From the human T2T-CHM13v2.0 reference genome, Homo sapiens, in NCBI RefSeq assembly GCF_009914755.1, contig NC_060925.1: a stretch of DNA of 64,000 nucleotides, one strand, 5' to 3'. Below are positions 51,714 through 64,000 of this stretch, piece by piece. Made by a program: the position numbers and the translations under genes. Position 1 is the stretch's first letter. Every line of letters starts with the position of its first letter. The notes under the pieces are model-generated. The model searched no databases and was not told where the DNA came from. It was given only the letters and a program-made list of their open reading frames with translations.

Positions 51714-52016
51714 TTTTTTTTTTTTTTTTTTTTTGAGACAGAGTCTCGCTGTCGCCCCGGCTGGAGTGCAGTGGCGCGATCTCAGCTCACTGCAGGCTCC
51801 GCCCCCCCGGGGTTCACGCCATTCTCCTGCCTCAGCCTTCCGAGTAGCTGGGACTACAGGCACCCGCCACCTCGCCTGGCTAATTTTTTTGTATTTTTAG
51901 TAGAGATGGGGTTTCACCGTGTTAGCCAGTATGGTCCCCATCTGCTGACCTCGTGGTCCACCCACCTCGGCCTCCCAAAGTGGTGGGATTACAGGCGTGA
52001 GCCACAGCGCCCGGCC
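51714..52016 (-). mobile_element. AluY
   Basis: gggttcacgccattctcc, caccgtgttagcc diagnostics; CpG-rich. Confidence 0.94.
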
Positions 52017-52077
52017 GTTTCACTTAGGATCCATCCAAAGAACTAATAGCAACAGACTTAATGAAAAAATGATAAAA

Positions 52078-52375
<298 letters not shown>

Positions 52376-52426
<51 letters not shown>
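52376..52426. repeat. (TA)n microsatellite, about 25 units
   Basis: Pure TA run. Confidence 0.97.
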
Positions 52427-55625
<3,199 letters not shown>

Positions 55626-56075
55626 CCTTCAATGCGCCGGTAAGACAATGCAACATGTTCTTAACATGGAATATAAAGCATTTTGGTCTCAATTTGCATT
55701 TCTAGGCCTTCCTCCAACCATTCCCTCCACCCTCTCCAATATTTTTGACAGACATCCACATTTAAACAGTCACCAGTCTCCAAATACTCTATGTGCCATT
55801 GGGTCTCCATGCCTTTAAATCATTTTGTCCCCTATGTGTATCCACCTGGTAAAACTAATCATCCTTCAAGTTACAGCTTAAAAGTCAAATATTCAGCGAA
55901 CCCTTAATATCTTTCTTTTCCAACATAATGAAATGCTCCATTTAAATCATGATTAATACTATCACCTGTGCTCTGAATTCCATCCTTCTTTACCCACTCA
56001 GTAATAATCTCCTTCTCCTTAAACATTACACAATCTACTAGTCTGTGTTTTCATTAAGTAAGCCCTCTTAGCCCT

Positions 56076-56397
<322 letters not shown>

Positions 56398-56429
56398 TAA
56401 GCACTCTTCGCCTCTACACTAACAGCAAC

Positions 56430-57810
56430 AACTATCATTTATTGAGTACCCACTATGGACCTGGCACCGTGCCAAGTGCTTTACAGATGTTATGTCATTT
56501 AATTCTCACAATATTACTCCCCAGATAGATACTACCAAAACCATTTTATACATAAGAATACTGAGGCTTACAGATGTTAAATATCGTCCTACAACTACAA
56601 GGTGGAACTGAGAATTAAATCTAGTTCTAACTCCAACCCGTATGCTCTTTCCACTCCATTTAAATCATTAATCAACAAATATTTATGGAACAACTATATG
56701 CCAGGTACTGTGCTAAGATGGGAAAAAAATAATGCATATAATCCCAGCCCTCATGGAGCTTACAGTCAAGAGAGAAAGATTAATTAAATGATTATTTAAA
56801 TTAAAAAATTAAAACTGTGATAAGAACTTTACTCTGCCAAATTAAAAGAAAAAAAAAACTGTGTGCCAGTCTAGCTACTACCAATCTTCCCTTCTTTTCT
56901 GCACAATGAAGTTTCCTGAAAGTTGAGTCTATTCTCCTTTTATTTCCTTATCCCTTCTCACTCAAAACTATGTCTTTTTTAGTTCTAAAGCAGAAACTGT
57001 TCTTCCCAGGATTATCAAAACCTCCTTAGTTGCCAAATCTGACATTTTAAATTTTTATTTATTTTTTAATTGACAGGATTTTGCTACGTGGCCCAGTATG
57101 GACCCAAACCCCTGGGCTCAAGCAATCCTCCCACCTCAGCATCCTGAGTAGCTGAGACTACAGGCACCAAATCAGACATCTTTTAAGCTTTTAGATTATT
57201 TTTATCTATATTATCACATTTTCAACTACCATCTTGAAACTTTCCTTTCTTTTAGCTTCTCTAACACCTTTCTCTATTTTTCCTATTATTCTACTCATTC
57301 ACCAATCTATTCACTGTTCTTCCTCTACTAGTCCCTTAAATGTTTGTATTCCTTGACATTCTGTCCTTACTCATTTGGTGACCTCATCCACAACTATGAT
57401 TTCAACTGCTGAAGTTTACCAAACCTGAATCTCCAACTGCTAATATAAGTTCCAGATCCTTATATTCAAATGACTGTGGGACATCTCTACTTGAAATGTT
57501 CTGTAAGTGTCTCAAACTCAGAATGTTATGAAACATTTTTTATTTCTGCTAAGTAAATGGCACCACAAACTATGATAACATATCAAATCAGACACCTTAT
57601 GATCATTCAAGACATCCTAGGCCTGTACTCCCACAATTCTACATCCTGAATCTCTCTTAAAACTCAATTCCATTCTCACTAACTACTACTTCAGGTCAGT
57701 GTTCATCACAGCTTAACTAGATTATTATGAAAGGCTAACTGGTCTCCCCAAACAGACCCTTCTCAGGCTTCTTTCACAGAAGCCAGGGTGAGTGACCTTG
57801 CAAAAATACA
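56430..57810. mobile_element. MIR and L2 fragments with an Alu monomer (about 57050-57170)
   Basis: atttattgagtacc...ggcaccgtgccaagtgctttac (MIR/L2); L2 body motifs 56860-57810. Confidence 0.65.
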
Positions 57811-57816
57811 TGTTAT

Positions 57817-58108
57817 GGCCAGGTGCACTGTTTCACACCTGTAATCCCCGCACTTTGGGAGGCTGACGCGGGTGGATCAGGAGGTCAGGAGTTTGAGACC
57901 AGCCTGGCCAACATGGTGAAACCCCGTCTCTACTAAAAATACAAAAATTAGCCAGGCGTGGTGGCATGCACTTGTAATCCCAGCTACTCGGGAGGCTGAA
58001 GCAGAAGAACTGCTTGAACCCAGGAGGTGGAGGTTGTAGTGAGATGAGATAGCGCCACTGCACTTCAGTCTGGGCGATAGAGCAAGACTCTATCTTGAAA
58101 AAAAACAA
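57817..58108 (+). mobile_element. Alu (AluS)
   Basis: Full dimer; TSD acatgttat. Confidence 0.92.
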
Positions 58109-58179
58109 ACATGTTATTAAACTCCATAATGCTCAAAATAAAAACCAAATACTATAACACAGAACACAAATGCAAAATC

Positions 58180-61010
<2,831 letters not shown>

Positions 61011-61075
61011 ATATGGCTGCATTCAAGTTTGCTTTCTTTTTGTTCATTTCTATAATGTTCTAAAGTTTCCCTATA

Positions 61076-61257
61076 CGGGCTGAGCATCCCTAATCTGAAA
61101 ATCCAAAATGTGAAATGCTCCAAAATCTGAAGCTTTTAGAACACCAACATGATGCTCAAAGGAAATGCTCATTAAAGTATAATGCAAATATTCCAAAATC
61201 TGAAAAAATCCAAAATACTTTGGTCCCAAGCATTTAGGATAAGGTATACTCAATCTG
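61076..61257. mobile_element. Tigger4a-like (Zombi) MITE
   Basis: TA|cgggctgagcatccctaatctgaaaatcc...ataaggtatactcaatctg|TA. Confidence 0.85.
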
Positions 61258-61284
61258 TAATGTGTATAGGTATAGTTTTCCTTT

Positions 61285-61885
<601 letters not shown>

Positions 61886-61929
61886 TTATTATCACCTAAA
61901 CTACTCCCTTGTCCCTGTTCTATCTGCTT

Positions 61930-62830
61930 CAGTTCATTTGTTGTTTTCAAGAAAACTATGTTGAGCACCTACTGTTGTCAGACACTGTCCTAAGGAACTC
62001 AGAAACAAAAATAACTAAATATGCCTTCTAGAACACTGCATATTGAAGTCTAGAAGGGAAGAGAAGGTAGACAGCCAGAATACAATGTGTTAGATTTTCT
62101 GATCAAAATATGTGGAAGTTGTTATGGGGGCACAGAGAAGGAGTATCCAACCCAGACTTGCTGAGAGGGTCAGGTAGAATATTTCTTAAAGAAGATACAT
62201 GAGCTAAGACCTAGAGATAAGAGGTTACACAGTATTATTACTGCTGTTGTAACTTTAAAAAGAAAAAATTAAATAGCTAATTTACTAATACATTTTTAAA
62301 AGCCCTCTATTCATATCTATGTCTATGGGATATTTCAATAGAAATAACTGAAAAATTACAAATTCCCGAAGCTTATAAGTTTCTTAATTGTCTGCACTTC
62401 TCCAGCTTCACATCACATCATTTTCCCCCAGCTCTCTTTGTTCCAATCATACTAGACTTAAAGTTACTCATATGCCATGCCTTTTCCTGCCTAAAGACTT
62501 TTAATTCATGCTGCTTTTTGTGTAAAATGCTCTCCCACTTACCCTTCTAGGCCACTCACCTTTTTGCCATTTAAACTACTACTTCATTCAAAAGTCACTT
62601 TCTCAGAGAAACCTCCCCTGTTCTAGATCAAGTAAAATATCTTCATACACCTCCTTAGCACAATCTTCCCCCCCTAACAAGACTCATTATATTTAAATCT
62701 TTATTCAACGCATGCCCTCATCAATTCTTAGAAAATCTGAGGGCAGGAACCACAACTATCTTATTCACCACTGCCTAGAAGTAGCACACAAGAACTCAAT
62801 AAACATCAGTTGGATGGACTAATTGTACCT
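61930..62830. mobile_element. L2 fragments in both orientations
   Basis: ttgagcacctactgttgtcagacactgt; ctgagggcaggaacc...ctcaataaacatcagttggatgga. Confidence 0.65.
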
Positions 62831-63062
62831 AACAGCTCTAAACTTAGGAATCAACATTCTAAAGGATGAGCAAACCGGTCTCAACAAGGTTCCTTCCTGA
62901 TTATCTCAGATAAGGAAGGCAACAATTGCTTCCAAAGCTATCACTTCAGTTACCAATATAAGATTGGACAAATATTTCATTTTTAGTTTCACAAATAAAA
63001 AATATTCAATATGGTTTTACAACTTGAAAAATAAATAAAAGTATTTTTTAAAAAGAACTTAC

Positions 63063-63179
63063 CAAAATATTTTTCTTATGTCGTTTCTCCTTTATATGTT
63101 TATGAGCCCCCTGGATATTTTCAATGTGAATTAAGCAAAGTTTGCATAGATACCGACAATTGGTATATTCTGGTGATCG
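63063..63179 (-). CDS. TUT4: TUT4 coding exon A (117 nt, phase 0/0): C2H2 zinc finger of the Lin28-interacting module
   Basis: ttcag|CGA...TTG|gtaagt; RSPEYTNCRYLCKLCLIHIENIQGAHKHIKEKRHKKNIL (CxxC...H...H). Confidence 0.96.
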
Positions 63180-63497
63180 CTGAAGAGACAAATTTTAAAA
63201 ATGCACTTTATTCAGAAAACAGAGGAGTAAACTATTGACTATATAAGTGAATAATACAATTATGTAAGTAGACAGAAATAAGCACTGAAGGTTTTTTCTT
63301 TATCCTTTCCTTCTTCTAAAGTAATAGTTTTTAATAAACTTATATACTGAAGAGATAGTAGTCCTTTTTCAAAATAGTTATCATAGGAGATTACATACTA
63401 ACTTTAATACGATATCTAACAATATCATGGTAATGCTAAATTATGTTTAATATTCACCTACTATCATCTTTAGAATCCAATGTAAGAAAAGCAGTCG

Positions 63498-63811
63498 GGC
63501 TGAGTGTGGTGGCTATGCCTGTAATCCCAGCACTTTGGGAGGACGACGCTGGCAGATCACTTGAGCTCAGGAGTTGAAGACAAGACTGGACAACATGGAG
63601 AAACCCATTCTCTACTAAAAATACAAAATTTAGCCGTGCATGGTGGCGCAGGCTTGTAATCCCAGCTACTCTGGTGGCTGAGGTGGAAGAATTGTCTCAG
63701 CCTAGAAGGCAGAGTTTGCAGCAGCGAGCCGAGATCGCATCACTGCACTCAAGCCTGGGCAACAGAGCAAGACTTCGTATTAACAAAAAAAAAAAAAAAA
63801 AAAAAAAAGAA
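63498..63811 (+). mobile_element. Alu (J/S-like)
   Basis: Full dimer about 320 nt upstream (transcript sense) of exon A. Confidence 0.92.
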
Positions 63812-64000
63812 AAGTGGTCTTGCTATTTAGTCTTATTCCAATGTTGTCCCCAAAACTGATTTCAAATTTAACTTGCAGCCATTTTGATTACCATAAAAAA
63901 ATAAAATCTGCCCTCGAATTGGGGATTTCAAAAGAATGGGCCACAAACATGTAAGAAATTTCAAAAGTTGAGTTCGAAAAACACTCCAATCACAGTATCA

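Overview
Primate, almost certainly human, genomic DNA lying entirely inside TUT4 (ZCCHC11/TENT3A, terminal uridylyltransferase 4), which is transcribed on the minus strand. I reconstructed 18 consecutive coding exons (63179 down to 60). All introns are GT-AG with consistent phases, and the exons splice to 2631 nt = 877 codons with no stop. This is about residues 295-1171 if the catalytic DLD is numbered D1009/D1011. The exons encode the C2H2 zinc finger, the catalytically degenerate N-terminal nucleotidyltransferase (Lin28-interacting module), a long linker exon, the first CCHC knuckle and most of the active catalytic domain. Neither the start nor the stop codon is in the window. The introns are packed with Alu, L1M, L2, MIR, a MER21-type LTR and DNA transposon fossils, and most ORFs in the track are repeat artefacts. 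The best leads, none verified, are: a candidate poison/cassette exon plus an unusually intact MIR in the intron right after the catalytic exon; a perfect 28-bp pre-miRNA-sized hairpin in an old L1; an inverted-Alu layout predicting a 436-nt circRNA; shared intron positions between the two NTase modules; and tiny retro-insertions (a tRNA-Glu 5' fragment and an unidentified 27-nt retrocopy). Repeat boundaries and subfamily labels are by eye and approximate.
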